DNA of 64,000 nt from positions 20,460,001 to 20,524,000 of the forward strand of contig NC_082727.1 of the NCBI RefSeq assembly GCF_030144855.1, written 5' to 3'. Positions 26,216 to 38,300 of the stretch are shown piece after piece. This stretch comes from Hypanus sabinus (taxonomy: Eukaryota). The notes under the pieces were generated by a model. That model worked only from the letters and a program-made list of their open reading frames with translations. It did not search any database and was not told where the DNA came from. Made by a program: the position numbers and the translations under genes. Within the stretch, counting starts at the first letter, position 1, and each line of letters starts with the position of its first letter.

Positions 26216-29200
26216 ACTTGATTGCAGAGTAAAGGGTTAATGGCATGATGGCATGATTCTTAGCAACGTGGAGGAACAAAGGGACAAAAGTGCATTCCAC
26301 CTCCCCCCACCCTTTCACCAGTTCTGTGCCACACCAACCTCAATGTCAGCTCGCTTAGGGATGCTGCTCCGAGCCAGCTGGCAACTTAGAGAACTTTCTA
26401 AAGGTCTACCCTTCAGGGAGACTATCAGTCTGAGGTGGAGGTATTTATAGAAAAACTGTATCAGGTAGCTTCATTCACAGAAAGCAGACATGGAAATGTA
26501 CAGTCCAAGCTAGCACCTTGGACAGGGGAGGGATCTAAGATCAGTCTAACTCTCCCCTCCCACACAACCCTCCATTTCTTTATCATCCATGTGCCAATCT
26601 ATTAAATGTCCCTAATGTATCTGCCTTACCATTACCCTTGGCAGGGTATTCCACACACCTGCCACTCTCTCTATTAAAAAAAACTAACTCCGATGTCCCC
26701 CTCCAATCACCTTAAATTATGCCCTCTCATATTAGTTAGTTAGCATGCATTGGGAGGGATCGAGCTGGCTATGAGTTACCTCACCCTGAGGCTTAACAGA
26801 ACCATCCAGGGGCTGGGGTAGAGCATTAGTCCATATCTGATTAGAATGCTTGATTCTCTCTTCTTCATTCACTTTCTTTCTGCCTCTCTCCTCTCCTCCT
26901 TCCCGTTTCCCAACGCTCTTGTTAACCGTCATTCTCGTTAACAATGTCCTGTCATTCTTTGTCACTCAGACTTACCTACCGCTATTCAAGCGCTCCATGT
27001 CAATTAGAGATTTAACAGATTATTATATCAGTCACGTTGAAAACTGAGGTGGTCAATAATCAAAACTGCATATCTGGGGCTCAATTTCTCTCACTCCTGA
27101 CAAATAAAACATTCCCACCCACGGAATTTCCTTTGCTTCATTGGTTGCTGTCAATCTCTCGCTATGTACATCTCAGCAGGGAGTATAAATTGGGTCTGTG
27201 CAGAAGGAAATCTTTTTGTCTAATCCTGCAGTCCCTGCAGCTTTTTAATACTAAAAGTAATAACTTATACAATCCTTTAAAACTGTGAAGACCACTTGTT
27301 ACAGAGTTCTCCCATCACATCCATGTCAGAATTTCAATGTTCAACTACAACCCATCAGATCAGTAAGCTCCAAGACTCAGATGATTCTTTAAAGTAACTT
27401 CTAAAAATGACATTCCAACAATCCACCCTTTTGTATGTTTTTAAGTTACTTTGTAAATATATATACTGGTCTATTAAAGGATTATAAAAGAATACAGAAC
27501 TCTAGGACGGTCTTGAACAACAAGCACAATCCCTGCAGTCAAATGACTATTTCTGCAGTGGGAGGGTTGACAGAACACAGTTGGAAAATTTACCTGTGTC
27601 TTATTCTTGTTGTGCCAGCCCTGTGGTGTGTGAGGGAGCAGTACAGAGAGAGTCTTACTCTGTATCTAACCCATACAGTCCTTGCCCTGGGATGGGGAGG
27701 GATAGGAAAGAGGGAGATACCCTACGATGTGACAGGTCAGTGGAGAAGAGACTTGCACTCCGTTTGACCTGTGCAGTATTCATCAAGTTTTTGGAAACAT
27801 TTTTGCCCAGTAGGACTGTTCCACTTCATGACAGTCCTCTACCAATGATGAAGGTTCATTCTCTCTCATTAGCGCTGCTCTCCAGTCATCGCTTCCTAGA
27901 AGACAAGCTGATTTGGCTTCACCAGCAGCTGACCCAGCGCGAGATGAGGAACTGCTACGTACTTGTTCTTGCAGAAACGTGGCTCCATGATGACATCCCA
28001 TGCATCATTAACCTTCAGACCATGCCACTCAGGGACTTGTGCTAATTTTATCCTTGTGCTATCATTGCCACAGGTGCTGTGAGTGACCATACGTATGGTG
28101 TTCTGCATCTTGCCGTTTCGTTTAGCTGAATATACTTTTGTATTATTGAATGACAATTAAACTTGAACTGGAACTTTATCTATTCTCTTTTGTTAGTTAC
28201 ATCTTGGCGCAGTAATCCTCCTGTGACCTTAAAGAAGATTTCCACAGACTCAGTAAGGCAACAGTAACCCCGATTAACTTTGAAAAGAATTTTAGGAAAA
28301 GATTTTAACAGTGCAATTGAAAGAAGTGTTATATTGCACTGATTTCCCATTATACCCTTTCATCTCCTGTGCGATTCAAGTGGACCAATCCCCTCCCATT
28401 TGCCTTCCCATTCACTTCAATTGTACAGATTCCTAATGGACCAATCTCATTCCCACTGGACGTAAAGCTGCAGAGGGCTGTAAACTCAGCAAGCTCGATC
28501 ACAAGTACTAGTCTCCCCACATCCAGGGCATCTTCAAAGGCAACATCCAATATTAAGGACCATCCACCAGCAAGGACTTGCCCTCTTATTACTACCACCA
28601 GGGAGGAAGTACAGGAGCCCCAGAGATGATGATTCTGATTCTCTGCACTCTTTTTCATTGTACAAAATCAAAATAGACCAAATATTTCCCTTTCTATTGC
28701 CCGTGGTCCTGTTCACCTCGACTGCTCATAGCCCTGCTCCATTCCCCATGTTCAGTAGGCTACATCTTGGTGTTTCTATTGAAAGATGAAGTGAGGCAAG
28801 GGCAAGTGATTCTTTATTTTTGTGGATCAGATACAAACTGAGCTGTTTGTGGACTGAGAATGCCCCTGTAATCCGAGGGTCTCTGAGAGTTGAATCGGCC
28901 CCTTCACCCGGTTGTTCTGATCTATATGTCGGGAGTTCTCTGGGAAAGGTAGCGGCTGATTTTCATGTCCTTATTCAGATTTCCTGTGCCCATTTGCTAA
29001 AGAATTCGATCAAAGCTCTAGGATTTATTTGGAGCTGGTATTTTGGCTCAGTAATGGGCTGTACTGTGCCCCTGTTAGATCTGCTGCTTGGCACACGGCA
29101 AGAGGGTTTGAAGGGTCTGCTCTCGAACCACCTGGTCTCCACAAAAATGGAAACTGCAAAGCAAAAATTTCAGAATTTATTGACCCTATTGTGTTGCATG

Positions 29201-29389
29201 AAATTACAATCCATCCCATAACCTCATTATTCCCAAACATATGATTCACATGGACCAATCCTACCCACTCACTGACATCCCACTCAGAGTTCAGAAAGTT
29301 ACGTGGCAAGCAGTTTACCTCATAATGCTTTCAGTCCCAGCCTTCATAAAATACCTCAATATCTCCCCCTTCCCTCCATCCTGTCCAGC

Positions 29390-30256
29390 CCAGAGGGCAT
29401 ACAGGAGTGAGATATGCCAACTAGTGGAGTGGTGCCCCAGCAACAACCTGGCACTCAACGTCAGTAAGACGGAAGAGCTGACTGTGGACTTCAGGAAGGG
29501 TAAGACAAAGGAACCAATCCTCACAGAGGGATCAGAAGTGGAGAGAGTGAGTAGTTTCAAGTTCCTGGGTGTCAAGATCTCTGAGAACCTAAACTGGTCC
29601 CAACCTATCGATGTAGTTATAAAGAAGGCAAGACAGCGGCTATACTTTATTAGGAGTTTGAAGAGTTTTGACATGTCAACAAATACATTCAAAAACTTCC
29701 ATAGTTGTACAGTGGAGAGCATTCTGACAGTCTGCATCACTGTCTGGTATGGAGCGGGGCTATTGCACAGGACTGAAAGAAGTTGCAGAAGGTTGTAAAT
29801 CTTGTCGGCTCCATCTTGGGTACTAGCCTACAAAGTACCCAGGACATCTTCAGGGAGTGGTGTCTCAGAAAGGCAGTGTCCATTGTTAAGGACCTCCAAC
29901 ACCCAGGGCATGCCCTTTTCTCACTGTTACCATCAGGTAGGAGATACAGAAGCCTGAAGACACACGCTCAGCTATTCAGGAACAGCTTCTTCCGCTTTGC
30001 CATCCGATTCCTAAACAGACATTAAATCTTTGGACACTACCTCACTTTTTTAAAAAAATATACAGTGTTTCTGTTTTTGCACTTTGTTTAATCTATTCAA
30101 TATACACATACTGTAATTGATTTACTTGTTTATTTTATTATTATATTTATTATTATTATTTCTCTTCTAGATTACGTATTGCATTGAACTGCTGCTGCTA
30201 AGTTAACAAATTTCATGTCACGTGCCGCTGATAATAAACCTTATTCTCATTCTGAC
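29390..30256 (+). mobile_element. Rex1/Babar-like non-LTR retrotransposon, 3' fragment
   Basis: AYRSEICQLVEWC..NNLALNVSKTEEL.VDFRK..FKFLGV..KKARQRLYF..VESILT.CITVW, then LPSGRRYRS; ends in an ATTCTG-like tail. Clade assigned by recognition only. Confidence 0.8.
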
Positions 30257-30484
30257 CTTTATTAAACCCAGCCCCCTGCCTTGTCTCCATCTCCTTTACA
30301 ACTATGAGCAGGAAAGATCTAGTGACTTCAGGTTTAAGATATTGTCTGTGCTCCAAACAATCCTCACCCTTTTTCACAATGTCCTGAAACCCCTCGAACC
30401 TGATCTAGTTCAGCACTCATGAATCTTTCCTAGTACTCAATCCATGAGTCAGAACACAGATCACGGACAATGGAACATTGAACA

Positions 30485-33480
30485 TTGTACATGGACTTCA
30501 GCAAGGCCCTCGACAAGCTCCTGCATGGGAGGTTGCTCAAGAAGCTTCATTCACTTGGCATTCAAGATGAGGCAATAAATTGGATTAGGCATTGGCTTCA
30601 TGGGAGAAGCCAGAGAGTGGTAGTAGATGGTTGCCTCTCTGACTGGAGGCCTGTGACTAGTGCTGTGCCGGCTCTATTGTTGTTCATCATCTACATCAAT
30701 GATCTGGACGATAGTGTGGTTAACTGGATCAGCAAACATGCCGATGACAGCAATACTGGGGGAGCGGTGGCCATGGAGGAGGACTATCAAAACTTGCAGC
30801 GGGATTTGGACTAGCTGGAAAAATGAGTTGGAAAATGGCAGATAGAACTTAATGCAGACACGTGTGCGGTGTTGCACTTTGGGAGGACAAACCAGAGTAG
30901 GACTTACCCAGTGAGCAGTAGGGCAAGGAGGACTGCAGTGGGACAAAGGGATCTGGGAGTAGAGATCTATAACTCCTTGAAAGTGGAGTGATAAGTAGAT
31001 AGGGTTAGAAGGAAAGTTTTAGCATAAAGACCTTCATAAATTAAAAGTATTGAGTACAGGAGTTGAGACGTTAAATTGAAATTGGAAGAGTGTGTGCAGC
31101 TTTGGTTACCGACGTACCAGAAAGATGGAAAAAGATTGAAAGGGTGCAGAGAAATTGTTAGAGATGTTGCCAGGACTTGAGGACCCAAGTAATAGGGGAA
31201 GCTCCAATAAGTTATGATGTATTCTCTAGAGCATAGGAGAATGAGGGGAGATTTGATAGAGATATACAAAAGTATGAAGGGTAAACATAGGGTAAAAACA
31301 AGCAGACTTTTTTTCACCAAAGTTGGGTGAGACTAGAACTAGAGGTCATGGGTAAAGGGTGAAAGGTAAAATGTTTAAGGGGAACATTAGGGGGAACCTC
31401 TCAGAGGCTGGTGAGTATGGAACGAGCTCCAGTGGAAGTGGTGGATGTGGGTTCGATTTCAGCATTGAAGAGAAATTTTGATAGGTATATGGCTGGGAGG
31501 GGTATGAACAACTATGGTCCAGGTGCAGTTCATGGGACTAGGCAGATGAAGAGTACAGAATGGGCTAGATGGGCTGAGGGGCCTGTTTCTCACTATAGTG
31601 TTCTTTGACTCTATGACAGCATAAGCACAGTACAAAATAGGCCCTTTGGCCCATGATGTTGAGCCAGCCTTTTAACCCACAGCAAGATCAACCTAACCCC
31701 TCCCTCCCACAGAGCCCTGCAAAGGGAATTGTCGGCCAGTTAGCCTGACTTCAGTGCTTCAGTAGATGTTGGGGTCCATTGTTAAGGATGAGGTTCTTGG
31801 AGGCACATGACTAAATAGGCCAAAGTCAACATGTTTCTCTTAAGGGGAAATCTTGTCCGACAAATCTGCTGGAAATCTTTGAGGAAATAACAGACAGGAT
31901 AGACAAAAGAGTCTTGGACTTTCAGAAGGCCTTTGACAAGCTGCTGCACATGATGCTGCTTAATAAGGTAAGAGCCCATGGAAAGTTACTAGCTTGGCTG
32001 TTTGGCAGGAGGCAAAAGGTGGGAATAAAGGGAACCCTTTCTGGATGGCTAACGGTCACTACTGCTGTGAGGAGGGTCAGTGTCAGGACCACTTCTATTC
32101 ATGTTATAGGTCAATGATTTGGATGATGGAATTGATGGCTTTGTGGTGAAGTTTGTGGATGATACGAAGCTAAGTGGAGGGCCAAGTAGCGCTGAAGAAG
32201 CAGGGAGACTGCAGAAGGAATCGGACAGATTGGGAGAATGGGAAAAGAAGTGGCAGATGAAATATGGTGTAGGGAAGTGTGTGGTAGAAGGAATAAAGGC
32301 ATGAACTGTTTTCTAATTGGGGAGAAAATCCAGAATCCTGAGTTGCAAAGGGATTTGGCTGTCCTCATGCATGATTCCCTAAAGGTTAACTTGCAGGTTG
32401 AGTCGGTGGTGAGGAAGGCAAATGCAATGTTAGTATTCATTTTGTGAGGACTAGATAATAAAAGCAAGGATGTAGAGCTGAGGCTTTTCAAGGCATTGGT
32501 CAGACCGTACTTAGAGTATTGGGAGCAGATTCAGACCCCTTATCTCGGAAAAGATGTTCTGACTTTGGAGGGGGTCCAGAGGAGCTTCACAAGAATGATT
32601 CTAGGAATAAAAGGGTTAACGTATGAGGAGCATTTAATGCCTCTGGGTCTGTACTCGCTGGAGGTTAGAAGAATGGGAGAGGTAAATCTCACTGAAACCT
32701 ATCAGACATTGAAAGGTCAAGATAGAGTCGATGTGGAGCAGATGTCTCCTATAGGGAAGAAGCCTAGGACCAGAGTGCACAGCCTCAGAATAAGGGGATG
32801 TCCCTTTAGAAAAGATGAAAAAGTTCCTTTAGCCAGAAGATAGCGAATCTGTGGAATTCATTGCTATAGGTGGCTGTGGAGGCCAAGTCATTGGGAATAT
32901 TTAAAGCCAAGGTTGACAGGTTCTTGATTAGTTGGGATGTTAAAGGTTCTGGGGCAAAGGCAGGAGAATAGAGTTGTGAGGGTTAATAAATCAGCTGTAA
33001 TCTAGTGGCAGAACAGACTCAATCGGCTGAATGGCCCAATTCTGCTCCAACGTCCTATGGTATTTTTCTAACATCCTAATGCTTCTCAGGTGTCTCTTAA
33101 TTGTTCCTAATGTACCTGCCTCTACCACCGCCCCTGGCAGGGTGTACCATGCACCCACCCCTCTCTATGTGAAAAAACCTACCTCTGACATCTCAACTAC
33201 CACCCCCCCCCCCGATATTTTCTGCCATTCACCTTAAAACTGTGCCTCGACATATTGGCCATTTCAGCCCTAGGAAATGTCTCTCTATCCACTCTTGTCA
33301 TCCTATACATCTTTCATCCACCTCATTCCAAGAAGAAAAGCCTAGCTCATTCAACCCATCCTCATAAGGCATGCTCTGTAATCCAGGCAGCATCCTGGCA
33401 CATCTCCTCTGCACCCTCTCCAAAGCTTCCACAGCCTTCCTATAATGAGAGACCAGTACTAAAGTGTGACTTAACCATGG
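30485..33480. mobile_element. Cluster of decayed CR1-like LINE copies (two plus-strand, one minus-strand 3' fragment)
   Basis: RT motifs YMDFSKALDKL, LFIIYINDLD..SKHADD, DFQKAFDKL, KFVDDTK, VRPYLEY. Confidence 0.88.
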
Positions 33481-33574
33481 TTTTATTGAACAGCAGCACC
33501 AGAGCTGGGAACATTTTCACACAGAGCTGCTTCCAAGGTAGCCACGTCCTTCCTGATCTTACAATGGGATAGGC

Positions 33575-33692
33575 TCAGGGTGAGGGTCTGTATTAGGCCA
33601 AGAGTGATGGTGGCAGTAAGGGTCAGGGTCAGGGTCAAGGTCAAGGGGAGGGTCAGGATTGGTGTAAAGGATGGAGTCGGGTCAGGGTCAGG
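33575..33692. repeat. Degenerate (AGGGTC)n hexamer repeat
   Basis: agggtcagggtcagggtcaaggtcaagggg...gggtcagggtcagggg. Confidence 0.8.
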
Positions 33693-33974
33693 GGAAGAAC
33701 AATCAAAATTCAGTGGTGGACTCACAAGATTGTTACTGCACAGAAGGAAGCCATTTGTCCATCAGCTCCATACTAGCAACTCTGACCATCCCCTCTCTTT
33801 CTCCACAGCCCTCACACATACCCACCCCTCTCACACTCACGAGTCATACAGAGATACAGGCCATTCAGCCCTTCACGTCTGCTCTGACCTTCAACCACAC
33901 AATCCCTACTGTGTGGTCAGCTCCAGACCACATTCTTGTCTTCTGCCAAATATATGAAACCCCTCTCCTTCTTA

Positions 33975-34500
33975 AACAATCCATAAACAGGGGCAGCTCC
34001 CCACCTATCAATAGGAACAAACCCCACGCACCAAAGGAACATTTCCCCCTGAAACAGTTCCCAATCCACCAATTGGAACTGACTCCACCCACAAATAGGA
34101 ACAGTTCCCAATCCACCAATTGGAACTGACTCCACCCACAAATAGGAACAGTTCCCAATCCACCAATTGGAACTGACTCCACCCACAAATAGGAACAGTT
34201 CCCAATCCACCAATTGGAACTGGCTCCACCCGCAAATAGGAACAGTTCCCATCCACGAAAATGAATATTTTCCCAACCACCATCAATACCAACAGCTCCC
34301 CACCCACCGCCAATAGAAACAATTCCCTCCAAAAATAGGGGCAGTTCCATCCCACCAATAGGAACCTCCCCACCCACCAACAGGATCTCTTCCCTGACCA
34401 CCAATAGGACTAGAAATAAACAATAACTTTATTCCTACTGAAATAAACAATTTCCCCACTCCACCAACAGGAACAGTGCCCACCCACGAATAGGGACCAT
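33975..34500. repeat. Minisatellite: 47-bp unit made of two ~23-bp subunits, degenerate flanks
   Basis: AATAGGAACAGTTCCCAATCCACCAATTGGAACTGACTCCACCCACA at 34094, 34141 and 34188. Confidence 0.9.
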
Positions 34501-34853
34501 GTCACTCCCTCCACCTTCTCTCAATCTTTCCTGTCCCCTCCCCCTCCAGAAAATCGCACAGGAGTCTTTCTCGTTGAAGATGGCCGTGACCACGACGGGT
34601 TGAATACGCTGCTTCAATAATACTGCACAATCCCACAGGGCCAGGTCTGACTGGCTCGGCAGGAGCTTCGCTCTCACGTTTGATCGCGTGGTGCCCTGAC
34701 TGGAGGTTCCTGAACTAAGCCCCACTGGGCCAGGCGCGGGCCCTGGTCTGCCCTCCACACCAACCCCAATCTCGCCACGGAGTGACGGGGTCCTTACAAG
34801 ACACCAGTTGGCCATACTGATGCTGAACTGCGGTTTTCAGGCTCCTGACTGAC

Positions 34854-35021
34854 CTGGCGTGGTCCCGTCCTCGTACCACGCTGATGTTCTCGGCTCCGAG
34901 CTGAGGGTGAAAGATGTTTATCTGGCTGTTGTCCCAAATAAACTTCACTATGGTAATGTCCCCCACGTCGAGCTCCACATCAATTACGGATGTGTACGTG
35001 GTGCCAGGATGGAGTTTAGTT
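34854..35021 (-). CDS. Pancreatic lipase-like gene, coding exon 11 (PLAT domain)
   Basis: TKLHPGTTYTSVIDVELDVGDITIVKFIWDNSQINIFHPQLGAENISVVRGRDHA; AG/GT boundaries; 168 nt, phase 2-2. Confidence 0.92.
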
Positions 35022-35312
35022 CTGGGAATCACACAGAGATTTGGTTAGTTCGCCAGTCCGACTTCAAGCACCGGGGGTGAGGCTCACTGTGTGCTCAGTG
35101 ATTGGAAAGCCTCAAACAGATCCCCAGCAACAAACTAAAGGTGGAACATCTGAAATACAGAGGTTTTGTTTTTCAATAAAGTTAGAACACAGCGCATCAA
35201 ACATTCAACAACACAATAAGGAAATGACTAATACGAGGGGACATGATTTTTCGGGAAATATTGGGGTGGGGTGTCGGAGGGAAGTGTTCTTTTTACACAG
35301 TGTGGTGGGAGG

Positions 35313-35554
35313 TGTTAAATTTTGTGGCTTCAAAACATTAAATTAGTTCAAAAGACCCGACACCGTGAATACAGGTCCAGTTCAAATTTACTTTCAGCGA
35401 GACGAGAGTGTGTCCCGTGATAGCGTGATGACGCATGCGGCACGTATTTATAAATTAGAATACGTAACGAATCAGTTTAAACAAACCTGAACTTTTAATC
35501 AACTAGATACATACAAGATTGCTCAAATATTACAGAAATATTAAATACACAACA
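35313..35554. mobile_element. Probable solo LTR inserted in a CR1 remnant
   Basis: 242-bp block with TGTT...AACA termini and internal TATAAAT interrupting CR1-like 3' sequence; no clear TSD. Confidence 0.5.
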
Positions 35555-35897
35555 GCTGGGTGGACAGGGATGATGGTGGAGGCAGATACATTAGGGCCAT
35601 TGAAGAGACTCTCAGAGGCACGTGGATGATAGAACAATGGAGGGTCATGTAGGAAAGAAGATCTAGATCGATTTTAGAGTAAGATACAAGGTCGGCACAA
35701 TACCGGGCACTGCCGTGCCTGTACTGTGCTGTAGTGTTCAATATTCTACAAAGGAACAGGCCCTTTAGCCCACGATGTTGTGCTGAGTTAGTTTCACAGT
35801 GACCGTGTGTAATAACTGAGGGCCACGGTGGTTAATGAAGGGTCTACATGTAAATAAAGTGGTATTTCAGTCAGGTTACCGAGAGGCTGCCGCTTAC

Positions 35898-36009
35898 CTT
35901 GTGACCCTGTGCTGCCGGGAGTTTCCTTTAGTGCCATACACGGCAACGTTAATGAAACCGGACACTGAATGTGAACCGGAGAGTTTCACCGACACCTCGT
36001 AACGCCAGA
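35898..36009 (-). CDS. Pancreatic lipase-like gene, coding exon 10
   Basis: Manual translation WRYEVSVKLSGSHSVSGFINVAVYGTKGNSRQHRVT; acceptor ccacAG, donor AG|GTAAGC; 112 nt. Confidence 0.92.
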
Positions 36010-36834
36010 CTGTGGAGCAAGAGTTTGTGAATCACCGCGAGGAACGGAGAGCACTTGCTGCGGGGGGGGGGGCGAGAACATGGGGAGAGGGGTAGGGAAA
36101 ATAGAACAGCGGGGAGAAGAGCCGGGCATGAGGGTCAGCAGACGTTAGATTTCAGTTGTGGATGTCTAATTGTGGTTATTGGTTCAGAGGAGTTGGGGGC
36201 GGATAGGGGTGGTCACTGGGCCAGCGGGAGGGGTTAGTCCGTTGGATTGGTGGAGATTATTGGGACAAACGATGGGGCAAGTGAAGGGATTTATTATAAA
36301 AGGGGATTAGGGTAGGTGGGAAAGTCAGACTTTGGGATATTGGAAGCGGGTTAGTTTGTGGTTTGTGGCAGTTCATTGTTGGATGGAGAGAGGGCTATTG
36401 GATGGTGTAGGGTCAGTTTTTGCAGTGGGGGTATTGGACGGAGGGGTTCACTTATGGAAGAACGGGGTGAGACAAACCCCAGTGTCAGGTGGGTCAGTAT
36501 GGAGAGAAGGAGCCAGCGTTGCATGGTGGGGTGGGGTTGTTATTGGGGAATAAGAGGTTACTGAATGGTGCAGGGTCATTGGATGGCAGGAAGGGGGCGT
36601 TATTAAATGAACATGGTTTTTTATGGGCTAGGTGTTAATGGATAGAGAGGGGCATTATGTTATGGAGGGGTTATTGGATGGAGGTGGTGACTGGATAGAG
36701 GGGGAATTTTTGGATGAGGATGGAGGGCTACCGGATGTTCCAGGGGAGGGGATGAAGGAGTGGGCCACGCTTGATGCTGGGTGGGGTGGGATGGGGTTCA
36801 GGGAGCTGCTTGGCCACTGCTGTCCATGACTCAC

Positions 36835-36964
36835 GTGCAAAAGGACTGGACTCGCCCGTGTTGAGTTGGAAGGTTTGGTGCAGCAGTCCTGGGGCAGGAC
36901 GATACTTCCCAATGTCATAGCCCATGTTGGGGCAGCCTTCAGAGGGGCACACGAAACAGTCCCC
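36835..36964 (-). CDS. Pancreatic lipase-like gene, coding exon 9
   Basis: GDCFVCPSEGCPNMGYDIGKYRPAPGLLHQTFQLNTGESSPFA; 130 nt; donor GTGAGT. Confidence 0.94.
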
Positions 36965-37149
36965 CTGCAACGGACACACAGAAATGGCCAATCACCACTA
37001 ACCCCTTTAGTGTTAGGTCTCTTCTTGTGTACGCTGGTGCAGAGTATGACTCCAGCAAACAATGGGAAGTCAGGAGTACCACAACACAGCCAATGGTACT
37101 CCTGAGCTATTTATTTCCTCAATAGTCTTATCAATGTAATTAAGGTTAG

Positions 37150-37450
37150 GGCAGGACAGTGGCATAGCAATTAGTGAAATGTATTACAGTACCAGCGTCC
37201 CAGGTTTAATTCCCGTCACTGTCTGTGAGGAGTTTTTACATTCTCCCATGACCACAGGGGTTTCCTCCAGATGCTCCGGTTTCTTCCCACAGTCCAAAGA
37301 CCAATGGGTTAGGGTTAGTAAATTGTCAGCATGCTATGTTGGCACTGGAAGCATAGCGACTCTTGAGGGATGTCCCCAGCTCATCCCCGACTGTGTTGGT
37401 CATTGACACAAATGATCCATTTCACTGTGTGACAAATAAAGCTTATCTTT
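37150..37450 (+). mobile_element. tRNA-derived V-SINE-like element
   Basis: Degenerate A/B-box head and core ggagttt...ttctccc...ggtttcctcc..tgctccggtttc.tcccaca. Sister copies at ~42530-42890, ~48640-48895, ~50965-51190 and ~63010-63305 (minus). Confidence 0.75.
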
Positions 37451-37649
37451 ACAATCTATCAGCTTCCTTCCAAAACAAGGCCAGCCTTTCCAATCCCTCC
37501 CCATAACTAAAGTCTTCCAATCCTGGCAACATCCGGGTGAATCTCCTCTGCATCCTCTTAAGCACACCACATCCTTCCTACAGCGTGGCAACTAGAGTTT
37601 CAAGTGTGCCCTAACCACTCTGCGGTCTGTGGAATTCATTTCTACTGAA

Positions 37650-38300
37650 GGATCTTGGGGTCCGAGTCCATAGGACACTCAAAGCTGCTATGCAGTTTGA
37701 CTCCAGTTAAGAAGGCATATGGAGCACTGGCCTTCACTAACCATGGGACTGAGTTTAGGAACTGAGAGGTAATATTGCAGCTATAATAGGACCCTGGTCA
37801 GACCTCACTTGGAGTAATGTGGAAACCATAGAAAGGATACAGAGGAGATTTACAAGGATGTTGCCTGAATTGGGGAGCATGCCTTATGAGAATAGGCTGA
37901 GTGAACTCACCCTTTTCTCCTTGGGACGACGGAGGATGAGAAGTGACCTGATAGAGGTGTATAAAATGATGAGAGGCATTGATCGTGTGGATAGTAAGAG
38001 GCTTTTTCCCAGGGCTGAGATGGCTAGCATGAGAGGGCACAGTTTTAAGGTGCTGAGGAGTTGGTACAGAGGAGATGTCAGGGTAGGTTTTTTACACAGG
38101 GAGTGGTGAGTGTGTGGAATGGGCTGCTGGCAACGGTGGTGAAGGCAGATACGATAGGGTCTTTTAAGAGACTTTTGGATGGGTACATGGAGCTTGGGAA
38201 AATAGAGGGCTATGGGTAACCCTAGGTAATTTCTAAGGTAGGGACGTGTTCGGCACAGGATTGTGGACCGAAGGGCCTGTATTATGCTATAGGTTTTCTA
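37650..38300 (+). mobile_element. CR1-like LINE 3' fragment
   Basis: IERIQRRFTRMLPEL...YENRL..L.LFSL.RRRMRSDLIEVYKMMRG. Confidence 0.85.

Noticed and set aside
33483-33580. HCKIRKDVATLEAALC plus AATAAA as the last lipase exon
   Set aside because: The sequence resembles the CR1 RKDVEALE region and adjoins a CR1 remnant; acceptor is poor.
33865-34404. Repetitive ORFs of 119-179 aa
   Set aside because: Translations of the 47-bp minisatellite.
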